A stretch of 64,000 nucleotides of DNA from Thermodesulfobacteriota bacterium (GTDB lineage: Bacteria; Desulfobacterota; Binatia; Bin18). The DNA lies in assembly GCA_964291405.2 (NCBI GenBank), contig OZ219926.1:2240001-2304000 (forward strand), in the 5' to 3' direction. Shown piece by piece: positions 1 to 9,154 of the stretch. The notes under the pieces were generated by a model. That model searched no databases, was not told where the DNA came from, and saw only the letters and a program-made list of their open reading frames with translations. The stretch's first letter is position 1. Every line of letters begins with the position of its first letter. Made by a program: the position numbers and the translations under genes.

Positions 1-171
1 GGGACGTTTTTTGAGGCGGGAGTATATATCGCTCATGCAGATGACGTCACTGCGGCCCGGGAGGAAACGACCAAACTGCTGGTTCGTCTATTGGCCGGAC
101 TCCGGGTCCGAGTGCCTGCCGCTTATACCGATACCGGTGTACAGGTCGGTTTCGGTACCATCCAGTCATAG
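1..171 (+). CDS. TetR-family regulator, C-terminal part (truncated by window edge)
   Basis: Not in ORF track. Frame 1 reads GTFFEAGVYIAHADDVTAAREETTKLLVRLLAGLR...*, aligning with the C-termini of the TetRs at 20236 (GAFLEAGVYVSHATD) and 3436 (AACFEAALHIAQ). Confidence 0.8.
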   Translation, partial: GTFFEAGVYIAHADDVTAAREETTKLLVRLLAGLRVRVPAAYTDTGVQVGFGTIQS

Positions 172-174
172 GGC

Positions 175-639
175 ATGAGGAAAAACGAAGCCGTGCTTGA
201 GCTCGCGTTGCTGCCAACCTGCTGTGCGCTCTTTGGTGCGGCCATTGTGTCCGATCTGACCGGACGCTGGATTCCGGATAGTATTCCAATCGCCCTGCTG
301 GTCTTATTCGCCCTCTACACACTGACCGGCGGTCATCTGGCACCGGTGTGGACCCATATCGCCATCGGTACGGTCCTTCTGCTCGTGGGGTTTGCCCTAT
401 TCGCCTTCGGTGGGCTCGGCGGGGGCGACGGCAAGCTCATGGCCGTCGCCGGTTTGTGGATCGGTCCGCATGATCTGACGCTTTTTCTGATCGGTCTGGG
501 GCTGATCAGCCTCTGCCTCGCCCTGTTTGCCTTACTGCCGTTCGATGCGACCCGCCGGCTGCGCGCAAACCTGCCCTTTGCGGTCGCGATTGCTCCACCG
601 GCTATCGTTCTCTTGGCACTGCGTGCCCTTCCCGTCTGA
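175..639 (+). CDS. cpaA: Flp prepilin peptidase (A24A, TadV/CpaA)
   Basis: Polytopic membrane protein with SDLTGRWIPD and GGGDGKL aspartate motifs, directly upstream of cpaB. Confidence 0.9.
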   Translation: MRKNEAVLELALLPTCCALFGAAIVSDLTGRWIPDSIPIALLVLFALYTLTGGHLAPVWTHIAIGTVLLLVGFALFAFGGLGGGDGKLMAVAGLWIGPHDLTLFLIGLGLISLCLALFALLPFDATRRLRANLPFAVAIAPPAIVLLALRALPV

Positions 640-653
640 CGGAGTGAGTGCGT

Positions 654-1559
654 ATGCGAAGATATCGAACGCTGCTCCTCGTTGTTCTGCTGGGTATTAT
701 TCCCGCGGCCATTGCCCTTTCGGTCAGCATGTGGCTGTATTTCGGCCCGGACGAAGAGGTGGCAGTGTCGCTTGAGCCGGAGCCGGTCGTGGCACCGCCG
801 CCCGAACCGGTCGTCCCTCCGGTAGAGGTACTTGCCGCGGCCCGTAACATGCCGGCCGGGACCCTGCTCACGGCGAACGACCTCACCTATGTGCCGCTGG
901 AGGCCCGGAATGTGCTGTCCAGCCATATCCGCAAGGAACCGACCGACACCGGACAGGAACAGGAACCGCCCTCCGTCATCGGGGCCGTGACCCGCATACC
1001 GTTTCTGGTCGGGATGCCGCTGACGGATACAGGGCTCATCCGGCCCGGTGAGGATGGATTCCTGGCCGCCGTCCTTCTGCCCGACCGCCGGGCGATTACC
1101 ATCACGGTCAATCAGGAGACGAGCCACGCCGGGATGATTGCGCCGGGAGACCGGGTTGATGTCATTTTTACCATGCAGGTCTCATCAGATAGCCCAAGCC
1201 AGCTCAACTCCTTCAGCAGAACCGTGCTTGAAGATATCCGCGTGGTCGCCGTCGGCCGTCGCATCGAGAGCGTCAATTACACGGAACAAGAGGACAGCCT
1301 CATCCCCCAGGCCGGCGGCAGTACCGTAACCCTTGAAGTGAGCCCACCAGAGGCCGACCAACTCGTGCTGGCCAGCACCCGAGGCAGCCTGGCACTCGCC
1401 TTGCGTCCGCTCGGCCAGGCCGACGACGTTGGCTGGCGGGCGCCGGTCGGTCTCACCCGGCTGCTACCGCCACCGGCAACGGAACCCCCTGCCCCCGACC
1501 CGGTACGGATTCAGGTTTTTCGCGGGACTGAACGCGAGGAAGTGCTGCTGGATAAATAA
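654..1559 (+). CDS. cpaB: Flp pilus assembly protein CpaB/RcpC (SAF domain)
   Basis: N-terminal TM, VLAAARNMPAGTLLT SAF motif, IAPGDRVDVI and TVTLEVSP motifs. Alternative GTG start at 648. Confidence 0.9.
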   Translation: MRRYRTLLLVVLLGIIPAAIALSVSMWLYFGPDEEVAVSLEPEPVVAPPPEPVVPPVEVLAAARNMPAGTLLTANDLTYVPLEARNVLSSHIRKEPTDTGQEQEPPSVIGAVTRIPFLVGMPLTDTGLIRPGEDGFLAAVLLPDRRAITITVNQETSHAGMIAPGDRVDVIFTMQVSSDSPSQLNSFSRTVLEDIRVVAVGRRIESVNYTEQEDSLIPQAGGSTVTLEVSPPEADQLVLASTRGSLALALRPLGQADDVGWRAPVGLTRLLPPPATEPPAPDPVRIQVFRGTEREEVLLDK

Positions 1560-1682
1560 GCGGTCTTTATCCCCTCCCCTCTACCCTCCAACTGCTCTCA
1601 CAGAGGGCCCCTACTGTGAGGTCTCTGAGCCGGGCGCTGCCCCTCACGCCGCTCTACATCCATGGCCCCAGGAGTATGGCGG

Positions 1683-1838
1683 CTAGAGCAGTTTCCTCCG
1701 TGGTGTAGCGAGGTGCTCTCCAGAGTTCCGTCGGGTGCATCCCATGCACCACCTTGCCCCGGTGCGCAGGGCGCCCCCGACGTATCGGGCAACGCGCGGA
1801 GGCCGGTGGACGCGACACTCATGTGAATTTTGCTCTAG
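1683..1838. mobile_element. 156-bp MITE, copy 1
   Basis: CTAGAGCA...TGCTCTAG ends with ~28-bp imperfect terminal inverted repeats. Same-length inverted copy at 44758-44913 (8 substitutions by my alignment). Confidence 0.8.
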
Positions 1839-1884
1839 CGCGGTCGGCGGCCACGCTCGCCGGACCACCGGATGGGGTGACTTT

Positions 1885-1900
1885 CCTATCATTTGATAGG
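1885..1900. promoter_or_regulatory. Palindromic operator-like box CCTATCATTTGATAGG
   Basis: Near-perfect 16-bp palindrome upstream of the LuxR-type gene; second copy at 3296-3311. Confidence 0.5.
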
Positions 1901-2117
1901 TGATCGAGACCGCAGAATTAGGTATATGCATACAAACAGCACATATAGAAGCTTCTCCCGTGAGGTGCTTAAGGCACATGCAGACCAGCCGTCCGACTTT
2001 ATCAGAGCCCCCAGACTGCACCGCTGGAGGGGTGCTCCATTCGAGCGCAGCCCGTCCTCCCCTCCCCATACTTCACGACTGCTCCTCCCTGAAAACCCCG
2101 GACAAGACCCCACCGGC

Positions 2118-3254
2118 ATGAGTGACCAAGACGCATTTGAACGGGTCTTGGCGGCGTTACACGAGGCCATGCTCGACGATACCCAGTGGCCCGCCACCTC
2201 AGCCCTGATTGATGAAGCCTGCGGCATGGCCGGCAATACTCTGCTGGTCGGCGTCGGCCCGAAAGACGGCATTCAGGTCTCCTGCGCAGGGTTCTACTAC
2301 CGGGGGCAGCGCCGTGTCGACCTGGAGCGCGAGTACCTCGAGGTCTACCACCCCATCGACGAACGCGTGCCCCGCTTCCGTCAACTGCCCGACAGCCAGA
2401 TTGTCCCTATCGCCTCGTTGTACACGGCCGAGGAGTTGAAGACCTCGCCCGTGTACAACGAGGCGTTTCGCCGCTACCGCAGCCAAGCGGGCCTGAATGT
2501 GCGCCTGGATGGGACGGAGGGCTCCTATATCGCCTGGGGGATTGCGGACCCCGTCACCCCGGCGGGCTGGACCGCCCCGCGACTCGCACTGATTAAAGCG
2601 TTGCTGCCCCATATCCGGCAATTTGTCCGCGTCTGGCAGGCGCTGGCCAAAGCCCAGGCGCTGGGCGCGTCCATGACCACCCTGCTCGACAATACGCGGG
2701 TCGGCATCATCTACCTGGACCAGCGCGGGCAGATCGTGGAGGCGAATGACCGGGCTCGTCATATCCTGCGACAGGGCGATAGTTTGTCGGACCGGGATGC
2801 GGTGCTGGCCGCCCGCGTGCCGGCCGACCAAGCCCGCCTGGAGCAGTTCATGTCGAAGGCGCTGCCGACCTCCAGCACCCCCGCCGTCAGCGGGTCGATG
2901 ATACTCCACCGGGTGTCCGCGCTGCCACCGTTCGTGGTGCACGTCAAACCCGTGAGTGTCTGGCAGCCGGACTTTGGAGCCCGGCGGGTCGCCGCCCTGG
3001 TACTGATTACCGAGCCAGGACAGGTAGTCCGCATCGACCCTGCTGTGGTGGCCGCGACCCTGGGGCTGACGCCGATAGAGAGCCAGATCGCGGCCTTGTT
3101 GGCGGAAGGCCGGACGGTACGCGAGATTGCCGGGGCGCTGGAGTATACGGAACGCTCGGTCCGCTGGTACCTGCATCAAATCTACCACAAGCAGGGCCTC
3201 GCCGGGCAGGTGGACTTGGTGCGGCTGGTGCTGTCGGTGGCCATGCTCGTCTGA
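2118..3254 (+). CDS. LuxR-type HTH transcriptional regulator with PAS-like domain
   Basis: PAS-like LDNTRVGIIYLDQRGQIVEAN; C-terminal LTPIESQIAALLAEGRTVREIA...VRWYLHQIYHKQG HTH. Start set at MSDQDAF (ORF track starts at 1893). Confidence 0.85.
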   Translation: MSDQDAFERVLAALHEAMLDDTQWPATSALIDEACGMAGNTLLVGVGPKDGIQVSCAGFYYRGQRRVDLEREYLEVYHPIDERVPRFRQLPDSQIVPIASLYTAEELKTSPVYNEAFRRYRSQAGLNVRLDGTEGSYIAWGIADPVTPAGWTAPRLALIKALLPHIRQFVRVWQALAKAQALGASMTTLLDNTRVGIIYLDQRGQIVEANDRARHILRQGDSLSDRDAVLAARVPADQARLEQFMSKALPTSSTPAVSGSMILHRVSALPPFVVHVKPVSVWQPDFGARRVAALVLITEPGQVVRIDPAVVAATLGLTPIESQIAALLAEGRTVREIAGALEYTERSVRWYLHQIYHKQGLAGQVDLVRLVLSVAMLV

Positions 3255-3295
3255 CCTCCGGCAGTCTCGTCTTTCTATTGTTACAGGCTCATTTT

Positions 3296-3311
3296 TCTAT
3301 CATTTGACAGG
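3296..3311. promoter_or_regulatory. Second copy of the palindromic box (TCTATCATTTGACAGG), overlapping TTGACA
   Basis: 14/16 identity to 1885-1900, plus shared flanking TT and TGA; lies upstream of tetR. Confidence 0.5.
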
Positions 3312-3435
3312 TGACAGGGTCCACCCGGTTGGATTATAGAGAGTTCTCCCTCAGCGGTGGTCGCAGAACCCACACCGACTGCCGTGCCCGCAGAGGACGG
3401 AGAGGTAGCGGGAAGAGGAGGAGCCCCGCGGGTGC

Positions 3436-4110
3436 TTGTCAAGCCCGTGGTGCACGGCCGTATTGTGGGACGACCTGACGCGGAAGGTGGAGGTTGTGGC
3501 GCCCCGACTCTTGAACGCTGAACGCTCCCGCCAGACCCGGCGCACCCTGCTTGACGCGGGGCGGGCGTTGTTTGCCGACGTCGGCTATGCCCGCACCACG
3601 ACGGGAGAGCTTGTCCAGCGGGCGGGCGTGACCCGAGGGGCGTTGTACTATCACTTTCGCGACAAAACCGCGCTCTTCGAATCCGTATTTGAGGAAGTCC
3701 ACCAGGAGTCCCTCCAGGCGATGAAGACGTGTATGGAGACGGCTGAGGGCGACCCGTGGGAGCGGTTTCTGGAGAGTCTGCGGGTGTTGACTGAACAGCT
3801 TGGACGTCCGGGCGTCCAGCGGATTGTCTCTGATGGTCCGGCGATTCTGGGTCCGTTCCATGTCCGCCATGAGACGCTGGGGCCCCAGTTCCTGCACACC
3901 GTCTTTGAGCAGTTGGTCGCCGAGGGGGTGATGAAACCATTGCCACTCGGTCCCCTGTGTCGCCTCGTGTGGGCAGCCTGCTTCGAGGCTGCGCTCCACA
4001 TTGCCCAGACCGAGACGAGTGTTGTGGGCCAGCGGGAAACAATCGTCACGCTGATGTGTCTGATAGGCGGCCTGCGGCGCAAGCAGGAAGCTGAGGGCAG
4101 GCAGGATTGA
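3436..4110 (+). CDS. TetR-family transcriptional regulator
   Basis: AERSRQTRRTLLDAGRALF...GVTRGALYYHFRDK HTH. True start probably GTG near 3487-3496. Confidence 0.9.
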   Translation: MSSPWCTAVLWDDLTRKVEVVAPRLLNAERSRQTRRTLLDAGRALFADVGYARTTTGELVQRAGVTRGALYYHFRDKTALFESVFEEVHQESLQAMKTCMETAEGDPWERFLESLRVLTEQLGRPGVQRIVSDGPAILGPFHVRHETLGPQFLHTVFEQLVAEGVMKPLPLGPLCRLVWAACFEAALHIAQTETSVVGQRETIVTLMCLIGGLRRKQEAEGRQD

Positions 4111-4182
4111 CGCACATGGGCCGGAGCGGGTGTCGCTCTAGCGGCGGGGTGGGTTTGGTCCTTGTTTTTCCGGCAGCGCCCG

Positions 4183-5148
4183 TTATTGACCAAGGTTGCC
4201 CAACATCTCCATGGTCGAGACAAAGGCCGGTCCCGCAACCAGCAGCAGGGTCCCAGGCGTCACCAGCAGCAGCATCGGCATGCTCATCAGCACCGGCAGC
4301 CTGGCAACCTGAGTCTCAATCCGGGCCGCACGCTGCTGCCGCTCGCTCTGGGCGATATTCCGCATGGATTGGGCCAGCGGCGTGCCATAGCGCTCGCCCT
4401 GGGTAATGGTTGTGGACAGGTCGCGCAGTCCCTCTACCCCGGTGCGGACGTGCAGGTCGTTCAGCACGTTTTTACGGTCGGCACCGAGCCGCAGTTCTGC
4501 CTCAGCCAGAGCGAACTCGCGCGCCAGGTCGGGTGCCATGGTCTCCAACTCCTGCACCACCCGAGACAGGGTACGCTCAAAAGTCAACCCGGATTCAAGA
4601 CAGAGCGTCATCAGGTCCAGAGCGTCCGGCAGCGCCGTAGCCATCCGACGTTGCCGGCGAGCGCTGAGTTGGTCCAGGCACATCTCGGGCAAAATCCCGC
4701 CCATGACCGCGCCGGCGAGACCGGCCAGCAGGATGGTTGGAGTTGAAGTGTATTCCCCCAGCCACTGTCCCGCCGACATCTGGAAGCTGAGCAGGGCGCC
4801 GCTCGCCAGAGTGACGACCAGCTTGACCGTCATGAATATCGATAAGGCGTCGGGCCGATGAAAACCCGCCTTCATGACCAGATCTTTCAACTTGGCCCGC
4901 TCGGCTGCACCGACCGGAACCAGTCGGGACGCAATATTCAGGAGAACGGACGATACCGAACGTAGGGAGAAGCCTCCACCCTCCTGTTTGCGCCGTTTCT
5001 GCGGCTCGCCATAGACCGCTACGGCCCACGCCCGTACCCTGGCAAGTCGGCGGTCCATCACCTGGGCATTACGAGTGCCGCGAAAAACCATCACGCTGGC
5101 AACCGTCATGCAGGTGAGCGTTGTGACGACGACGAGCCAGAACATCAT
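4183..5148 (-). CDS. tadC: Tad platform protein TadC (T2SSF domain)
   Basis: LPDALDLMTLCLESGL and QGERYGTPLAQSMR motifs; follows tadB. Frame is open up to TTG 5334, so the start is uncertain. Confidence 0.88.
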   Translation of the reverse strand: MMFWLVVVTTLTCMTVASVMVFRGTRNAQVMDRRLARVRAWAVAVYGEPQKRRKQEGGGFSLRSVSSVLLNIASRLVPVGAAERAKLKDLVMKAGFHRPDALSIFMTVKLVVTLASGALLSFQMSAGQWLGEYTSTPTILLAGLAGAVMGGILPEMCLDQLSARRQRRMATALPDALDLMTLCLESGLTFERTLSRVVQELETMAPDLAREFALAEAELRLGADRKNVLNDLHVRTGVEGLRDLSTTITQGERYGTPLAQSMRNIAQSERQQRAARIETQVARLPVLMSMPMLLLVTPGTLLLVAGPAFVSTMEMLGNLGQ

Positions 5149-5181
5149 TGGGATTTTCCGTATTGCACGATCATGTACTTT

Positions 5182-5292
5182 TCCCCTCTCGGGAGGGGTG
5201 ACGCATATTGTTTCGTGGGTCCTCGGAGGGGTGGGGCTCCAGGAGTGCGGGCTTCCAGCCCGCATGGCGGCCAGGATGGCCGCTCTCCCAGG
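5182..5292. repeat. Composite REP-like element (~110 bp)
   Basis: Inverted near-copy at 9564-9670. The core GGAGTGCGGGCTTCCAGCCCGC..GCGGCCAGGATGGCCGCTCTCCCAGG also occurs at 14642-14692. Confidence 0.85.
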
Positions 5293-5323
5293 GGGGGATA
5301 TGTAATACAAAAGAAGGCATGAC

Positions 5324-6358
5324 TTACCGTCCAATTCGGGCGGACAGGGCGCGGGCGACCAGCAGCCCGCTCAGAATAAGGCCGACCCCGTAGCGGAGCA
5401 GGGTGCCGCCCGACTCAGTATAGAACAAGGTCTCGATAGTCTGCGGATTGGTGAAGTTCTGCGTGACCAGCACCGCGACCGGCACCAGCGAGATGATCGC
5501 CAGGGTCAGCCTGGTCTGGGCCGTCGAACTCTTGGCCTTGAGCGTCACATCGTGACGAGCCCGCAGGGTAGCTGAGAGGTTGCCGAGCGCGCCCGAAATG
5601 CCACCTCCGGTCGTCATCTGCAAACAGACCGCGGCAGAGAAGAGAGAGAACGCGGGAATACGGACACGCGCCGCCGTACTACGAATGGCGGTTTCCGGGT
5701 CCAGCCCAGCCGCCGTGGCCGAGGCTATTTCACGCATGATCCCGCCGACCGGCAGCGGAGCCTCCTGGGCCACGATCGAAATGGCCTCCATTGACGGAAC
5801 GCCAGCCCGCACCAGACGCACCACCTGGTCGGTGGTCTCGGGAAATATCTTGGTGAACTCGTTGCGCTGGCCCGTGTCCTGCATGGCCAGCACGGCCCAA
5901 CCGCACCCCAGCCCGCTAACCGGTGGTAAAAAGAGAATGGCGAGCGTCCCGAACCCCATAAACGCCACGCCCAGCCCGGTCGCCAGCATACCCAGCACGC
6001 CCAGCCCCACGGCCTTGGGCAGAATCTTACGCACGTCAATCAGGGGGAATTGGTACTCCAGCCGTTCAACCAGCCGCGATTTGCTCCGTCGTTCACGGAA
6101 GACACTGACGCTATCACCAGTGGCGGTGTCCGTCGGCGTTCCGCCCTTGAGCGTCGCCGCAACCCGGTTCAGCCGGCGTTTCAACTCCCGCTGCTGGGGC
6201 CAGATAACCACCAGCAGATACACGCAGGGGATCTCAATCAGAAACGCAACCGCCGCAATCGCCATGCTCAACAGCGGGTTGCCAAGGATGAGCAGGGCCA
6301 GGATGCCGGGGATAATCACCCCGGCCACACAGACCAGCACCGTCAGGGTCATACTCAT
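5324..6358 (-). CDS. tadB: Tad platform protein TadB
   Basis: FPETTDQVVRLVRAG and QMTTGGGISGALGNL motifs; overlaps the tadA stop. Confidence 0.88.
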   Translation of the reverse strand: MSMTLTVLVCVAGVIIPGILALLILGNPLLSMAIAAVAFLIEIPCVYLLVVIWPQQRELKRRLNRVAATLKGGTPTDTATGDSVSVFRERRSKSRLVERLEYQFPLIDVRKILPKAVGLGVLGMLATGLGVAFMGFGTLAILFLPPVSGLGCGWAVLAMQDTGQRNEFTKIFPETTDQVVRLVRAGVPSMEAISIVAQEAPLPVGGIMREIASATAAGLDPETAIRSTAARVRIPAFSLFSAAVCLQMTTGGGISGALGNLSATLRARHDVTLKAKSSTAQTRLTLAIISLVPVAVLVTQNFTNPQTIETLFYTESGGTLLRYGVGLILSGLLVARALSARIGR

Positions 6359-7812
6359 GCCGCGGCCTCCACGTTTCTCGCGTTCCCCATCTGGAGCACC
6401 TCCATCAACTCGGCACGCAGCCCCGCCGCGTCCACCGAGGCCATCCAGGACGGCTGGCGACCGGTATTCTCAAAAGTATGCTCTTCGCCCGGCAGTCGTC
6501 GCCACATCTCCTCGGTAGTAATGATATCGCTCTCCATCCCGACCACATCGGTAATGCTGGTCACACAGCGATGGCCGGAGCGCAGCCGGGCCAACTGCAC
6601 CACGAGATCAACAGCCGACACAATCTGGCGGCGCATGGCCGACAGCGGCAGGTCACCCGAGGTCAGCATCAGCATGTTTTCGAGCCGCATCAGCGCGTCG
6701 CGTGGATTATTGGCGTGGATGGTACACATCGAGCCCGGATGGCCGGTATTCATGGCTTGCAGCATCTCGTTGGCCTCGCCGCCGCGCACCTCACCCACGA
6801 TGATCCGGTCGGGCCGCATCCGCAGGGCGTTAATCAGCAGATCGCGGATGGTCACCTCACCCGTCCCCTCCACGCTCTTCGTGCGCGTTTCCAGCCGGAC
6901 CACATGCGGTTGCTGCAACTGCAATTCCGCTGAATCCTCGATGGTCACCAGTCGCTCGGTGTTGCTGATCTCGCGCGACAGGGCGTTCAGAAAGGTGGTT
7001 TTTCCGGCACCCGTCCCGCCGGAAATCAGGATATTCAGCCGGGCCTTGGCACAGATCTGGAGCAACCGGCTCATTGCCGGGGTAAAGGCGTTGCGCTCGG
7101 CCAGCTCGGCCAGGCTGATGCCACGGGCCACAAAACGCCGGATGGAGAAAGTCGCACCGTCAATCGCCAGGGGCGGAATAATGATGTTGACGCGGCTCCC
7201 GTCGGGCAGACGGGCGTCCACCATGGGGCTGGCCTCGTCGATCCGCCGCCCGACCCAACCGGCGATCCGCTGGGCGATATTAAGCAGATGCTGCTCATCC
7301 CGGAACCGAACGTCCACCTGCTCCAGCCTGCCCTTGCGTTCGACATAGACCGATTTGAGCCCATTGACCAGGATGTCGGAGATCTGCGGGTCATTGAACA
7401 GCGGCTCCAGCGGACCGAGACCCTTGATGTCGTCCACTAGCCGCTGGACCACCCGCCGCCGGTCGAGCGGCGTCAGGTCCGAGGCAACCGAGTCTTCGGT
7501 ATCCAGAAAGGACTGAAGTTGAACGGCCAGCTCATCCCGGCTCAGGTCGGCCGCCTTGGACATATCGAGAGACTGTACGACGGTCGGGTGAATCTTTACC
7601 GCCATCTCGGCGACCAACCCGTCTGAGGTCTGACGGCGCGTCAGTGTGGCGGGCTCGGCCGTCCCGGCAACCGCGGCCGCTATGAGTTGCTCCTGTTGCG
7701 CTTTGGTCTGTGGGGCGGCCAGCACCGGGGCAGGCGGATGATTGGTGGCCTGCGCCGGAGCGGGCTTTTGGGCGGTCGGTTTAGGGCGGCGTCCGAAAAG
7801 ATTACGGGGCAT
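6355..7812 (-). CDS. cpaF: Tad assembly ATPase TadA/CpaF
   Basis: GGTGAGKTT Walker A, TIEDSAEL, ALRMRPDRIIVGEVRG, AMNTGHPGSMCTIHAN. Confidence 0.95.
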   Translation of the reverse strand: MPRNLFGRRPKPTAQKPAPAQATNHPPAPVLAAPQTKAQQEQLIAAAVAGTAEPATLTRRQTSDGLVAEMAVKIHPTVVQSLDMSKAADLSRDELAVQLQSFLDTEDSVASDLTPLDRRRVVQRLVDDIKGLGPLEPLFNDPQISDILVNGLKSVYVERKGRLEQVDVRFRDEQHLLNIAQRIAGWVGRRIDEASPMVDARLPDGSRVNIIIPPLAIDGATFSIRRFVARGISLAELAERNAFTPAMSRLLQICAKARLNILISGGTGAGKTTFLNALSREISNTERLVTIEDSAELQLQQPHVVRLETRTKSVEGTGEVTIRDLLINALRMRPDRIIVGEVRGGEANEMLQAMNTGHPGSMCTIHANNPRDALMRLENMLMLTSGDLPLSAMRRQIVSAVDLVVQLARLRSGHRCVTSITDVVGMESDIITTEEMWRRLPGEEHTFENTGRQPSWMASVDAAGLRAELMEVLQMGNARNVEAAA

Positions 7813-7828
7813 ACGAATACTCTCTGAC

Positions 7829-8980
7829 TTAGAATTGGGGGTCGTACTGTCCAGCGTCGGCCAGCGAGACAGCCGGGCGGGTCAGCCGACCGGTCAGGTC
7901 GTCCAGGGCTTTGCGGTATTTTTTGCTGAACTCCCGTTCCGGCAGGCCGTAGTTGGTTGCCGAGGGCAAACCGGGCTCAAAGGGCATGGTCACGTCCGGC
8001 TTGCGCCCGGCCAGGGTGTAGCGAATATCCTCCGCAGACAGTGCGCTCTTGCGCGTCCGCGTATGGTTTTCGACCAGCAGACCCCAGTTGTCCCTGCCGA
8101 GCAGCGCCATGCGGCGGATGACCCGGTTGAGGCTGACCAGGGTCGGTTCAAAGACCAGCACCCGTTCGTCCGCGTTTGCCAGCACGGAAAACAGCAGGTC
8201 GGTATCCGTCAGGCCGTCCACGATCACGAGGTGAGAGCGGTTGGCGAGCTGTTCCATCAGCCATTGGACGGCCTCAGCCGCGGGCGGGGCCGGCAGGCTG
8301 TCGCTCGACCGATAGCCGTAGACGGAGATGCGCGGGGTCACCCGAGTCCGCACCCCGTCAATCAGGCTCGGGTCCGGGTCCGGTTTGGCCGCCAAATCGA
8401 GCAGCTCGTCAAACCCCACCGCAGGCTCAACGTCCAGCATCAGCGGTAAGGCCCCGGAGGTCCGCTCCAGGTCCAGCACCGACACATAGCTGCCCTGGGC
8501 CGCTGCGGTCAGGGCCGTCAGCGCGGCCAGGGTGGTCGCGCCGCTGCCGCCGCAACCGGCAAACGCAATCACCCGTCCGGCATACAGGCGGGCGGCCACG
8601 TCCTCCTCGTCCCTGAGCGCCGTAGTCACTGCGTCGCGAACATCACTGACCGCCAGGGGTTTGGGTAAATAATCGCTGACCCCGCAGGCCAGCAGTTCGC
8701 GGGTGAAGCGGGCCGTATCATTCGAACTGACGGCAATGACCACGGTCCCGAACTCGCACACCGAGGCCAATTCATGAATCCGTCCGACCGGAAACTCGGT
8801 GCCATCCAGGTCAACAAACAGCAACTGGGGCGAGGCCGCAGCACTCAGCGCTTTAATGGCGGCGGTAATGTCGCCGCGCCGCACCTGGGCTCCGCGCCCG
8901 GCCAGCGCCCCTTTCAGCATCCGTTCGGTTTCGGCGTCAACCGCAAAGGCCAGGATACTGCTGGTGTCGGTCGCTTCCAT
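7829..8980 (-). CDS. cpaE: TadZ/CpaE (degenerate receiver + MinD/ParA-like domain)
   Basis: Receiver-like N-terminus (LLFVDLDG, SDYLPKP); GCGGSGATT degenerate P-loop; position upstream of cpaF. Confidence 0.85.
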   Translation of the reverse strand: MEATDTSSILAFAVDAETERMLKGALAGRGAQVRRGDITAAIKALSAAASPQLLFVDLDGTEFPVGRIHELASVCEFGTVVIAVSSNDTARFTRELLACGVSDYLPKPLAVSDVRDAVTTALRDEEDVAARLYAGRVIAFAGCGGSGATTLAALTALTAAAQGSYVSVLDLERTSGALPLMLDVEPAVGFDELLDLAAKPDPDPSLIDGVRTRVTPRISVYGYRSSDSLPAPPAAEAVQWLMEQLANRSHLVIVDGLTDTDLLFSVLANADERVLVFEPTLVSLNRVIRRMALLGRDNWGLLVENHTRTRKSALSAEDIRYTLAGRKPDVTMPFEPGLPSATNYGLPEREFSKKYRKALDDLTGRLTRPAVSLADAGQYDPQF

Positions 8981-9042
8981 GGACGGCGTTTCCTCATGCC
9001 CTGGGGCGTTTCACGTTAAGCTGTAGCCATGCCATTATGCTT

Positions 9043-9120
9043 TCGTCATGCCGGACTTGATCCGGCATCCAGAGGCGAGGAGTCGAGAGCCTGGATGCCG
9101 GCTTGCGCCGGAATGACGGA
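9043..9120. repeat. Intergenic REP doublet
   Basis: CGTCATGCCGGACTTGATCCGGCATCCAG...CTGGATGCCGGCTTGCGCCGGAATGACG: two hairpin units in inverted orientation. Confidence 0.75.
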
Positions 9121-9154
9121 GGGGACCGGGCTAGCTAGACAGGATCGTATCGCT

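Noticed and set aside
1928-1946. Possible fourth ATACA-N7-TGTAT operator upstream of luxR
   Set aside because: Only one half-site matches (GCATACA); the other is 3/5.
6050-7348. Long + strand ORFs opposite tad genes (also 9844-10980, 16516-17694)
   Set aside because: Antisense shadows of well-supported genes in GC-rich DNA; no motifs.
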